Shown: positions 29,495-38,801 of the stretch, one piece after another
Layout: each line of letters begins with the position of its first letter
Numbering within the stretch: position 1 is the stretch's first letter
Origin: Pseudomonadota bacterium
GTDB lineage: Bacteria; Bdellovibrionota_B; Oligoflexia; Silvanigrellales; Silvanigrellaceae
Direction: 5' to 3'
Assembly (NCBI GenBank): GCA_039799905.1
Contig: JBDLRP010000020.1
Span: 1 to 64,000, forward strand
DNA length: 64,000 bases
Notes under the pieces: model-generated
Database searches by the model: none
Seen by the model: only the letters and a program-made list of their open reading frames with translations
Told to the model about the DNA's origin: nothing
Translations under genes and position numbers: made by a program

Positions 29495-31169
29495 ACACCT
29501 GCGCCACCGGTGTCTCTCTGAACAGTCCGGCACCAACCGACAGTTTCAGCCGGTTGTCCACTTCACCCACTTTATTTTTTTGCGCCACGGGTGTGTACAA
29601 AAGATCAATCAGTATGAATGTGCCCGCGGAAACACCGCTAACAAAGCTGAAACGTTCCCAGCGCCTCACAGATGCCTCGTGCACAGATATCTCGCTCTTT
29701 GCCTCTTCGGCAACCTCAGGAGTCGCCGCCGATGCGAGTTTTTTCTCGGCAGACCGTTTGGCAGTTTTACTCAGCTCAGAATTGATGAGCGACATGACCA
29801 ACCCCGCACCCGAGATCCACTTCCCAGCCGTAATTGAAGTTGAAATATAATCATCCTGAATTTTCGCAGGCGCATCGCCGGCCACTGGCTGACTTGAATC
29901 GACTGCTGTGAGTTTTGCTGAAACTGTCGCTGTCCGCGAGGCACGGACAAAGACGCTTGAATTAAAGTCTGCGAACTCGTCCAATTTCAGATTCACACGC
30001 CGACGTCCACCGGCAACAACTACGTCTTTGAGCGGCGTCTTGCCGACGACACGTCCATCGATGCGGACAGTTGCGCCAGACGGCTCACTGGCGACAGAAA
30101 TTTTACCGTCCCTGGCACGCATCTCAAACTTTTCATCACGCGCGCTTTCAGTGAAATTCACCTCGCGGGCTTCGGAAAAATAATCATCCAGCTCAAGTCG
30201 CACTTGTGCCTTGCCAAGATCATTTAGCACTTCAAGTGGTGTTCTGCCGAGAGGAATATTTCCAAGAAAGACGAGCGCACCCTTGGGCTGGCTCGAAAGT
30301 ACAAGTTTTCCGGACATCTTGCTGAGGGGGAACGCATATTCACGCATCGCTCCAGTTTTAACCACAGCCTGCCCATCGACTGCCTGATAACTGTCAAGCT
30401 CTATGCGCAGCTGATAGGAACCTTCGGCAATTCGCGAAAAAATGGCGGGAGTGTCACCGACATGTTTTCCATCAATTAAAATGCGCGCACCTTCCGGTTT
30501 ACTGATGACCTTCAGCTGGCCGACGCGCTTGCCGGTCGGACCCATCAGTGAATTGTAAAAATTGAAATTTTTTTGAACAATGTTTTTCTTATTTTTCTGT
30601 CGCTCTAATTCGAGACGAATAGAATCTGAGTGCCATCTCAACAGACGATACGCGACGTGCACGGTCTGCTGATTGACTCGTTTGCTTTCAGTATAGGGTG
30701 AGCCCTTGTCAGCGGCCTCTGTGAGAGAATCGAAGTTGATTTTCCGCAACATCGTGAGCAGAGCGAGATGCGCAGAGTCTTCTGACTTGTTTTCCGCAGT
30801 CGGAGTGACAGCTGGACTTGGCTGAGCAGCTGGAACTGCTGATGAATTTGTCACCTGCTGAGCGGATGATTGGGTCTCAGTGCCGGCACGGGTGTCTGAG
30901 TCAGACTTGATGTGTGCAAATTGTGATTCGACTATTTTTGAAAGTGCATTCAACCACGCCTTCTCTAATGCCTCTTCACGGCTGGCCGACTCGGGCGAGA
31001 CACCTACGAAGTAGTGGACACCATCGATGACTCTCGATTGCGCCGTTTGGGCCCACTCGGGTAGACGCGTATCCGCTTCGACCGTTTGAGCGAAGGCCGA
31101 CGGCATGTGGCATGAGACCAGCCAAAGGAACAGCCAGCTGATGAAAGAGTTGCAAGAGAGCAGTTTCAC
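29475..31169 (-). CDS. Secreted PEGA-repeat protein with an LPP20-like N-terminal domain
   Basis: Three PEGA repeats (S.P.GA.V..DG..VG.TP); N-terminal PEW...YFVGVS; hydrophobic C-terminal helices. Confidence 0.85.
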   Translation of the reverse strand: MKLLSCNSFISWLFLWLVSCHMPSAFAQTVEADTRLPEWAQTAQSRVIDGVHYFVGVSPESASREEALEKAWLNALSKIVESQFAHIKSDSDTRAGTETQSSAQQVTNSSAVPAAQPSPAVTPTAENKSEDSAHLALLTMLRKINFDSLTEAADKGSPYTESKRVNQQTVHVAYRLLRWHSDSIRLELERQKNKKNIVQKNFNFYNSLMGPTGKRVGQLKVISKPEGARILIDGKHVGDTPAIFSRIAEGSYQLRIELDSYQAVDGQAVVKTGAMREYAFPLSKMSGKLVLSSQPKGALVFLGNIPLGRTPLEVLNDLGKAQVRLELDDYFSEAREVNFTESARDEKFEMRARDGKISVASEPSGATVRIDGRVVGKTPLKDVVVAGGRRRVNLKLDEFADFNSSVFVRASRTATVSAKLTAVDSSQPVAGDAPAKIQDDYISTSITAGKWISGAGLVMSLINSELSKTAKRSAEKKLASAATPEVAEEAKSEISVHEASVRRWERFSFVSGVSAGTFILIDLLYTPVAQKNKVGEVDNRLKLSVGAGLFRETPVAQVFMEKDL

Positions 31170-31474
31170 GTTTCACAAACCCAAAAAACTCCTGACCAAT
31201 TCGGTTCTCGCGGCAACAATCTGCGGGATAGAAAAAGTCACGAAGGTCCCAAGATTATAACTCGGAATCGCCTCACTTCATGCACGCAGCTGGCCAATTG
31301 ACGATTTTTCGAAAGAGCAATTTGAAGGTTGCCGCCGAACAGAGCAAATATCGCGAAGTATCCAAAATGCTTAAAATTTCAAAAGAGTGATTGTCGGTTT
31401 TCGAGAGTTCGGCTATCTCCACGCAACCGGAAAATGGAACCGGTGCCGCACATCTTCTGTTTAAGGGGTTATGC

Positions 31475-31990
31475 ATGAAGCTCTCTACTTCGTTGGCTGG
31501 TGTAGTTTTTCTTCTGACCGCTTGCGGTCAACCAGCTGCTGAGAATTCCGAATTGTCGTCGGAACGCTTCTCTATCAACGTACTCGGAATTGAAATGGGC
31601 TCATGCAATCAAGATGAACTGAGACGCTTTGTTGCTGGAGAACATGTTCCGCCGATCTCGAACAAACTTCCAAAAGACCAGCAGACAGAATTGCGGCAAA
31701 AGTTTGGCCGCGTCATTCACATTTCGACAGAAAGAACGGCCGAGGCCCTCAAGTCTGAGGCGGGAGCGGAAGTCCGCTCAATTCTCAAGGCTATTTTTCC
31801 CCCAAGCTACAAAGAGGAATTCGTCAACGAGGCTTTTAAGCAAAGCATTGCCGACAGCCAATTCACACTCCTCGAATTTGTCAGCCTGTATCCATCGCAG
31901 GAGCTGAAGGTCAACGGACTCGCCTTTGTGGGCAAGAAAGACAAACTCGAAGCTGCCCTCTTGAAGCTTGAACAACAATTCCGGAACTAA
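31475..31990 (+). CDS. Lipoprotein resembling the DUF1400 domain
   Basis: Lipobox LTAC; ERF...ELRRF..G, QQ.ELR and FTLLEFV..YP..ELKVN resemble DUF1400 (recalled pattern, not searched). Confidence 0.55.
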   Translation: MKLSTSLAGVVFLLTACGQPAAENSELSSERFSINVLGIEMGSCNQDELRRFVAGEHVPPISNKLPKDQQTELRQKFGRVIHISTERTAEALKSEAGAEVRSILKAIFPPSYKEEFVNEAFKQSIADSQFTLLEFVSLYPSQELKVNGLAFVGKKDKLEAALLKLEQQFRN

Positions 31991-32072
31991 ATGCTGTCAA
32001 ATCCTTCGACATAGTGCTTACCATTCGCATTGCGTATCTCGGCGAATTAACAAACATTTGAATAGACTTTGA

Positions 32073-32088
32073 TGGCACAAAGATTGCT
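32073..32088 (+). promoter_or_regulatory. Sigma-54 (-24/-12) promoter
   Basis: TGGCAC-AAAGA-TTGCT matches TGGCAC-N5-TTGCW exactly; 40 bp upstream of ATG 32128. Confidence 0.75.
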
Positions 32089-32127
32089 GCCCTCTCGCGT
32101 GTGAGCATACGGGTGGGGAGCAACAGA

Positions 32128-32967
32128 ATGAACAAACGAATTTCAGCCGGACAGTTGCTTTGGGGACTTTTTCCAGTCGCTCTCGTATCTGCTTGTGAAA
32201 TGCCGCCCGTCAAAACCATTCAGGTCAGCGATGGAAGTGTGGCAAATCCGAACCCTGCGGCCGCGAGAAACAACGAGCCACGCACAACACAAACAGAGTC
32301 CTCCGACAAAGACACGCCGCACTGGATTGAAATAAACAAGACTGCAGATACCGTCTTCAAGTCCGAGACACTCAACTCCAGCGAACTGAGCCAAGAGCAA
32401 AAATGTCTATTCGCGCGCGGAACCCGTCACAGTTTGGCCGCGGCGCCCGAATGGCTTGGTTCGCATGTAAAAATTCAACTCAAAAAACCCATGGCTGCCT
32501 GCGGATTCACCACAGGTTACGTCTTCGCAGCACACATCGGTCAGTCAAGCGATTCACCTTGGGGTCCCGTCTTGCAGACCCACAACAGCACAGCAACACT
32601 CTACACGACTGAAAACACCGCCATGGAGGGTGGACCAAAAGATCGTTGCGGACGGGCTTTGCGCACTTTGGATGATTATCTGAAAGGCAATGCAGAATAC
32701 GTGAGCGTTGCAATGGATTCTATGGCATTACCTTACGGCACGCTCATCCGTATTCCTGAAATCGAGCAGCGGTTCGGAGTTAAAACTGCCATACCGTTCA
32801 AAATCGTCGACACCGGCTCGGCCTTCATCGGGCGTGGTACCTCTCGGATGGATATTTGCGTCGGCCACAGCCAACAGACCATTTTTTCAGACAAATACAT
32901 TTGGATAAGCCATAAATCCTTTGAAATTCAGGTGATAACCAAGGGAGCGTCGTTCTCCTGTCAGTGA
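32128..32967 (+). CDS. 3D-domain (MltA-like) lipoprotein, putative peptidoglycan lytic enzyme
   Basis: Lipobox LVSAC; VAMD...LPYGT.IRIP, VDTGSAF, RMDIC (three-Asp motif). Confidence 0.85.
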   Translation: MNKRISAGQLLWGLFPVALVSACEMPPVKTIQVSDGSVANPNPAAARNNEPRTTQTESSDKDTPHWIEINKTADTVFKSETLNSSELSQEQKCLFARGTRHSLAAAPEWLGSHVKIQLKKPMAACGFTTGYVFAAHIGQSSDSPWGPVLQTHNSTATLYTTENTAMEGGPKDRCGRALRTLDDYLKGNAEYVSVAMDSMALPYGTLIRIPEIEQRFGVKTAIPFKIVDTGSAFIGRGTSRMDICVGHSQQTIFSDKYIWISHKSFEIQVITKGASFSCQ

Positions 32968-33033
32968 GCTGTTCAACCTCTCCGAAAAACGGCCGATACT
33001 GTTCAAGAAATAACGGATCGGTAGGCGGAAGGC

Positions 33034-33576
33034 ATGAGCTATTGCATTCACAACAAGCGCGTTTTCAAGGCTTTGAACGTAGCGGCCGTTCTACTCCTAA
33101 ACGGCTGTGCGGGCGCAGAGTCTGAAGAAGAGGTGCCTTACCCGATCTCGCCGCGCACGCCCTACGAAGAAGCCATCCACACTCAACCAGCAGGATCAGG
33201 AAAGAAAAAAGCAACGGCCTCGGCCAGCCTGACGGTTAAAGAACCGACTCAGGTGTGTGCGTCAACAGTTGAGAGAAACGAACAGAAAGCAGACGGCAGC
33301 GAAAAAAATGGAGCCGTGGTGCGACTGACTGAGCAAAACAATTTTACAGAACCCATTCTCATCTTCAGACTTCAGGCAAGCGGCACGATTCAAGGAAGTT
33401 TTCTTGCTGTTGAGGATATGGTCTTCGGCTCAGCTGGAACTCATCCGGCGGGGTTGTACTTTTTTGAGCTGCAAACTGCCGACGGACAATCATGCCGCAT
33501 AGAACTCAGCATCGGCGAAGACGACGCGCAGAGCAAAAAGCAACTCACCGTATCTGCGACGCTTCCGCAGGGATAG
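33034..33576 (+). CDS. Hypothetical lipoprotein
   Basis: Lipobox LNGC; beta-rich C-terminal half. Confidence 0.65.
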   Translation: MSYCIHNKRVFKALNVAAVLLLNGCAGAESEEEVPYPISPRTPYEEAIHTQPAGSGKKKATASASLTVKEPTQVCASTVERNEQKADGSEKNGAVVRLTEQNNFTEPILIFRLQASGTIQGSFLAVEDMVFGSAGTHPAGLYFFELQTADGQSCRIELSIGEDDAQSKKQLTVSATLPQG

Positions 33577-33578
33577 AA

Positions 33579-33965
33579 TTATTGTCCTGAGCTCAGATAC
33601 TTCTTCAATTCAGCGACAAGCTCGGGCACGTCCTGACGTGGATCGCAGGTCCACGTCAGCGTCTTTTCTCCGTTTTCAGCTCCCACCAGCCTGACGGAAA
33701 CAGCGCCCACAGGACACACATCGAGACATCCCGACTCTACGACGCGCACCTGCCACTTCTGCCCCTGACCAGAGAGCAATTCGTTTTCCAACGACTGTTT
33801 CAGAAGTGCAGAGACACTTTGTCCGGAAGAATTTTGTTGCGAACTGAGCGCGTCGCCGCATGAGCGGCAGACAAGTACGTGCGCGTGCTGCGAACGGCGG
33901 AGCAACTTGACGACCATGGAAAGATGCCTCGCAAAGAACGTTTTCTGAAAGCCAAAGAATCGCAT
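33579..33965 (-). CDS. Thioredoxin-like (2Fe-2S) ferredoxin/DUF1636-type protein
   Basis: VLVCRSC and GCLDVCP four-Cys pattern; start uncertain. Confidence 0.7.
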   Translation of the reverse strand: MRFFGFQKTFFARHLSMVVKLLRRSQHAHVLVCRSCGDALSSQQNSSGQSVSALLKQSLENELLSGQGQKWQVRVVESGCLDVCPVGAVSVRLVGAENGEKTLTWTCDPRQDVPELVAELKKYLSSGQ

Positions 33966-34027
33966 CGGCTCATCTCTGTTCTAGCCCGACTGATGCAAAA
34001 TCGGAACTCGTCGGAGGAAAAGATGAC

Positions 34028-34735
34028 ATGCAGGAGGTTGTCGTCGAAGCAAAAAACATCTGGAAAAGTTACAAAACGGGCGACGTCACAGTCGATGCCG
34101 TGAGAAACTTGAGCTTCGCTCTTTACAAGGGTGAGCTGATTGTTGTGCTTGGTCCGTCGGGAAGCGGAAAATCAACCTTCCTGAACATTCTTGGCACTCT
34201 CGATCGCCCGACGTCCGGTGGAGTATACTTCAACAGTCACAACATCTCTGAGGAATCAGACGAACAACTCTGCGCACTGCGGCGGCAGCACATCGGATTT
34301 GTCTTTCAATTTTACAATCTGATTCCGACTCTGACGGCCCTTGAAAACGTTGAATTGATTGCCTCACACAGTGCTTCACCGATGCCCGTCGAGGACGCAC
34401 TAAAAAGGGTGGACTTGTGGGAGAGGCGACATCATTTTCCAAGTGAGCTCTCAGGCGGCGAACAACAACGGGTTGCCATCGCCCGTGCCATCGTAAAAAA
34501 GCCGGACGTGCTGCTTTGCGACGAGCCCACCGGCGCACTGGATGTGGCCACCGGAGTGATCGTTCTGCAGGCGCTGGAAGAAGTGCACCACGACTTTTCC
34601 ATCAGCGTCATGCTCATCACACACAACGCAACAATCGCACACTTGGCCGATCGAGTGATTCGCATGTCAGGCGGTCAGATCCTGAGCGTTGAAACTAACG
34701 AACGACACATGCTGGCGCGTGATCTCTCATGGTGA
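34028..34735 (+). CDS. ABC transporter ATP-binding protein (LolD/MacB family)
   Basis: GPSGSGKST, FVFQFYNL, LSGGEQQRVAIARA, CDEPTGALD, ITH. Confidence 0.96.
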   Translation: MQEVVVEAKNIWKSYKTGDVTVDAVRNLSFALYKGELIVVLGPSGSGKSTFLNILGTLDRPTSGGVYFNSHNISEESDEQLCALRRQHIGFVFQFYNLIPTLTALENVELIASHSASPMPVEDALKRVDLWERRHHFPSELSGGEQQRVAIARAIVKKPDVLLCDEPTGALDVATGVIVLQALEEVHHDFSISVMLITHNATIAHLADRVIRMSGGQILSVETNERHMLARDLSW

Positions 34736-37092
34736 GCCTGTATTATCTGCTTTTAAAGAAAACTCTGCGCGATTTCAAAAAATTGCTCGGCCCGTCACTG
34801 ACGTTGTCATTTGTGATGGCGGCCGGCGTCAGTTGCCTCATCATGGCGCGGAGCAATTTGAGCAGTCTGCAGAGATCCCAGCGTCTTACGTATGAATCGC
34901 TCAACTTTGCCGACGCGCTGATTCCACTCAGCCGAATCGTCCGCGAGCGTGTCGGGAGCCTCGAAAACATCAGCGGTGTCAGACAGGCGGACTGTAGAAT
35001 ATCCCTGTCGGGTCAGGTCAGACTCAGCAAATTTGAAAAACAGATTTCGGCACGTTTTCATTCCATGCCAAGGGGCAATTCCCTGAACAGAATTCTCTTG
35101 ACCGGTGGCCGCCTTCCGGCTGCGAATTCAATTCATGAAGCAGTCCTGAGTGACGGATTTGCACGAGCTTGGGGCTTCTCTCCAGGACAACAGATTGAAA
35201 TCTTTCTGCAGGGAAAACTCATCCGCCTGACCATCAGCGGGCTGGCCCGTTCGGCAGAATACGTTTATCAGACGGGCTCAGCGACCAGTATTCCCGATGA
35301 CAAACTCTTTGCAATATGGTGGCTTCAGCCGCGCCTGCTTGAGCAGGCGGGAAATTTGCATTCATCGTGCAATGAAGTTCTCTTGAAAACCGGCTCCGAG
35401 CAGAACTTATTGCGGGCGGAGGCGGAAATTGCCTCACGGCTGCAGCCGGCAGGATACACTCGATACCTTCCGCGAAAACGAATGCTTTCGCACTATTTTC
35501 TCGAAAGCGAACTGCAACAGCTGCGCGGCATGACAATTTGGATTCCGACTCTCTTTCTTGCGGTGACCGCGTTTCTTCTCAACATCACCATGAACCGTTT
35601 TCTGATGACCCAGCGGGAAATAATTGGAACTCTGCGTGCCTTTGGATTTTCCTACCCGCTGATCGCAGGACAAACGATTTTTTTGGCACTGACAGCGATA
35701 CTCCCCGGAATCCTTTTGGGTGTTTGTGGAGGTCTTTGGCTCGCGCAGGAAATGTTCGCCCTTTACGTTAAATTCTACCGCTTTGCGATTGTCACTTATG
35801 TACCGGACTGGACTTCTGTCACGCTGGGCATCGGAATTTGCTTGCTGACAGCTTTGCTCGGATGCCTGACCGGCCTGCGGCATATGCTGTTGGAGCCGCC
35901 GGCAGTATCTTTGATTGCAGCCGCACCTCGCCACACGAGAGTCTCGGCGATCGACTCGCTTCCCGTTCTGCGGCGCCTATCATTGATCGCGCGCATGAGC
36001 GTGCGCAATATCGCGCGCCGGCCGTTGCAAAGTCTTGTCACCCTGCTCGGGCTGATTTTGTCACTGGTTCTGTTTATTTTCGCAAGATTCGAACAATATG
36101 CAATCGAACAAATGATGCAGACTGAATATGCTCTCAACCAACGACAATCACATACCCTGATTTATACGCAACATCTGCCGGAATCCACGCTGGCGAGCAT
36201 CAGGACATCGCTCGGAGCTGGATTGTCCGAAAGCAGCCTTGCCATACCAGTCACTATTAAGTCGGCACACTCGATGCGCGAACTTACCCTTATCGTCCGC
36301 AAAGACGATGACATCCTCGCTGCAGCCGAGAATATTCCAAATCGGCCGCTGGCAAAAACAGGACTGACACTCTCAAAGCCGGTCGCAGACGCACTGAAAC
36401 TAAAACCTCCGGCTGAAGTCCAGCTCCTGATTCAAAACAAACAGACCAAGCAGTCCGCACTGATTGTTACGGCACTTTCGGAAAACATCATGGGCACGAT
36501 CGCCTCAATCTCCCAGCAGGATTATCTGCGGATCTTTCACGAGAGTGCTGCTTTCAACCGGATTCTGCACAAGGCCGAACCACACGCAAAAATCAACGAA
36601 AAGTCGATTTTCCTGCGACAGCCAATGTTGACAGGATTAATTGAAAAGGAATTTGAACGCACGGCATTTGAGAAAACCATGGCCGAGAACATCGGCATCT
36701 TTCAAAACTTCATGATTGGCTTTGCGCTGCTGATTGCCATGGGAGTTCTTTACAACAACGCACGTGTCCAATTCGCCGAACGTGAGCGTGAGTTTGCTCT
36801 ACTACGTGCGCTCGGCTTTTATGAGTCGGAGATCACTTTTCTCTTTTGGAGCGACTTTTTGATTTTATCGGTTGCGGCTGTGCTTCCGGGTTTTTATTTC
36901 GGCAGAGAACTACTTGTCTGGCTGATGCGCGCTATGGAAAGTGAAATTTTTCGCATCCCAGTCAACCTGCACCCCAACAGCTACATATGGGCGTTTGCGA
37001 TGCTGCTTGTCGGGGTATTTGCAACCGCCGTGCTCATCCAAGGAAATCTCCACAGAATTGCATTTTTGAGTGTCCTGAAAGCAAGGGAATAG
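34729..37092 (+). CDS. ABC transporter permease (duplicated FtsX/MacB-type domains)
   Basis: Two QREIIGTLRAFG / EREREFALLRALG motifs with flanking TM helices. Confidence 0.92.
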   Translation: MVSLYYLLLKKTLRDFKKLLGPSLTLSFVMAAGVSCLIMARSNLSSLQRSQRLTYESLNFADALIPLSRIVRERVGSLENISGVRQADCRISLSGQVRLSKFEKQISARFHSMPRGNSLNRILLTGGRLPAANSIHEAVLSDGFARAWGFSPGQQIEIFLQGKLIRLTISGLARSAEYVYQTGSATSIPDDKLFAIWWLQPRLLEQAGNLHSSCNEVLLKTGSEQNLLRAEAEIASRLQPAGYTRYLPRKRMLSHYFLESELQQLRGMTIWIPTLFLAVTAFLLNITMNRFLMTQREIIGTLRAFGFSYPLIAGQTIFLALTAILPGILLGVCGGLWLAQEMFALYVKFYRFAIVTYVPDWTSVTLGIGICLLTALLGCLTGLRHMLLEPPAVSLIAAAPRHTRVSAIDSLPVLRRLSLIARMSVRNIARRPLQSLVTLLGLILSLVLFIFARFEQYAIEQMMQTEYALNQRQSHTLIYTQHLPESTLASIRTSLGAGLSESSLAIPVTIKSAHSMRELTLIVRKDDDILAAAENIPNRPLAKTGLTLSKPVADALKLKPPAEVQLLIQNKQTKQSALIVTALSENIMGTIASISQQDYLRIFHESAAFNRILHKAEPHAKINEKSIFLRQPMLTGLIEKEFERTAFEKTMAENIGIFQNFMIGFALLIAMGVLYNNARVQFAEREREFALLRALGFYESEITFLFWSDFLILSVAAVLPGFYFGRELLVWLMRAMESEIFRIPVNLHPNSYIWAFAMLLVGVFATAVLIQGNLHRIAFLSVLKARE

Positions 37093-37095
37093 CCG

Positions 37096-38304
37096 ATGAC
37101 AGACGTAAAAATATTTTACAAAAGCTGGAAATTTAGAGTCCTCATCGGAGTGGTCGCACTCATCATCATACTTTATGCAACATCACGACCAAACTCAGAG
37201 CCTGCGACCGTCATTCAACCGCGCCGTCACACCATACGCGCCGAAATATCCGATTACGGCACGACGTATTTTACAGACGTTGCGACGGTTCATGCGCCGG
37301 CGTCAGGCTGGATCGAAAAATTCCACGTTGCCGTTGGTGATGCCGTTGAAGCAGAACTCACAATTTTGGCATCCATCGGTCCGGCCGCTGCACCACTACT
37401 GGACTCGCGCACACGTGCAACCTTGAATGCACAACTTGAGACAGCACGCGCCCAAAGCGATCAGGCGGAGGCTCAGTTACGCCGTGTCAGAGCGGCTCAC
37501 CTTGCGGCCGACGGTGAATTGAAAAGAACTGCACAGGCCTACGCCGCAGGTGCGGTGACACTTCAGGACTACGAGAATCTGCGCGCGCGCGTACGTGATT
37601 TGAAGGGCGAGATTCAATCCGCACAGGCCGCCCTCGATGCCGCAAGGCATCAACGTGATGCCGCGGCGGCAGCACTCTCGAAGTCATCCTCCGGCCGTCA
37701 GGAGGTGCAGCTCATCAGAGCACCTCGCAATGGAATTGTCAGTTGGATTTATGATGACAAAGTTCGTTTTGCCGTCATCGGCACTCCTCTGATGGATGTT
37801 GCAATCCCTCAGAAACTGGCTTTTCAAATAGACGTGCTGGCGCGTGAAGCTATGAATATACGCACCGGTTCGGTGGTCCGCTTTTCAGACTTCCCCTCTG
37901 GCGGCGTTGTCAGAGCCATTTCACCGACCGCCCTTGCCAAAGTCTCTCCGCTTGGGCTCAGTGAACAAAGAACCCGAGTCTGGATAGAATTCTCGGGAGT
38001 ACTGCCTCAAGCGGTGCCCTCCGGACTTGAGCTTGAGGCGCATATCGAGGTTGCAGCAAAGGAAAATGCACTACTCCTGCCGCGGACCGCTGTCTGGCGC
38101 GAAGGCGATTCAGCTTACGTCTATCAGGTGAGCAAACTCAGGTTGAACAAAAAAACTGTCACGACCGGAATCGAAAGTACCCGCGAGATCGAGATCCTTT
38201 CGGGGCTCGCGGACAACGACTGGATTGTCGAATTGCCAACCGAGGGGATGCACCATGGGCAAAAAATAAGCCCGCAGCCGGAGCCGCAGGCGCTGTTCAG
38301 ATAA
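37096..38304 (+). CDS. Efflux periplasmic adaptor subunit (MacA/HlyD-like)
   Basis: N-terminal TM anchor, APASG..V.VGD.V, coiled hairpin, IRAP..G, EILSGL. Confidence 0.9.
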   Translation: MTDVKIFYKSWKFRVLIGVVALIIILYATSRPNSEPATVIQPRRHTIRAEISDYGTTYFTDVATVHAPASGWIEKFHVAVGDAVEAELTILASIGPAAAPLLDSRTRATLNAQLETARAQSDQAEAQLRRVRAAHLAADGELKRTAQAYAAGAVTLQDYENLRARVRDLKGEIQSAQAALDAARHQRDAAAAALSKSSSGRQEVQLIRAPRNGIVSWIYDDKVRFAVIGTPLMDVAIPQKLAFQIDVLAREAMNIRTGSVVRFSDFPSGGVVRAISPTALAKVSPLGLSEQRTRVWIEFSGVLPQAVPSGLELEAHIEVAAKENALLLPRTAVWREGDSAYVYQVSKLRLNKKTVTTGIESTREIEILSGLADNDWIVELPTEGMHHGQKISPQPEPQALFR

Positions 38305-38316
38305 TTCCTCGAAAGC

Positions 38317-38742
38317 TCAGCTCGCGTTTGAGCCGGATTCCTTTTGATTGGTGATTTTCGAAATCACTTTCATACAGAAAAGTGTCAGCTCAGGTGTCCG
38401 CTCACTGACCACCAGCAGCGAACCCAAGCGGTGCGCCATAACTGCTGAGAGCTCTTCCACCGGAATGTGTTTTTCGATGACGGCTTTACGGATGAGTTCA
38501 TCAAACTCCTGCGAAATCCACCAGAGTTTAATACTCGCGGCGTTGAGAGTTTCCTTTTTAGGTTTGCCCTTGGCGGTGAGGTTCCGCGCTTGTGGTTTCA
38601 CGTCTTGAACAGTCTTCTTGTTTTTTGCTTTTTTATCCGACGCAGCAGCTTTGCTGCGGGCTTGAGTCTGCGACGGGATTTTTTTCTTTTTTGCCGCTGG
38701 TTGAGAATTTTTGGACTTCTTGAAGGACAGGATTTCACCCAT
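38317..38742 (-). CDS. Hypothetical protein with a Lys-rich N-terminus
   Basis: GAGG RBS, MGEILSFKK start, basic low-complexity stretch followed by a helical domain. Confidence 0.6.
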   Translation of the reverse strand: MGEILSFKKSKNSQPAAKKKKIPSQTQARSKAAASDKKAKNKKTVQDVKPQARNLTAKGKPKKETLNAASIKLWWISQEFDELIRKAVIEKHIPVEELSAVMAHRLGSLLVVSERTPELTLFCMKVISKITNQKESGSNAS

Positions 38743-38801
38743 GATGAGCCTCACTGACAAATTCGGGGCGTTTCAGTGTGTCCACAGACCTCGTTTCCAA
38801 C

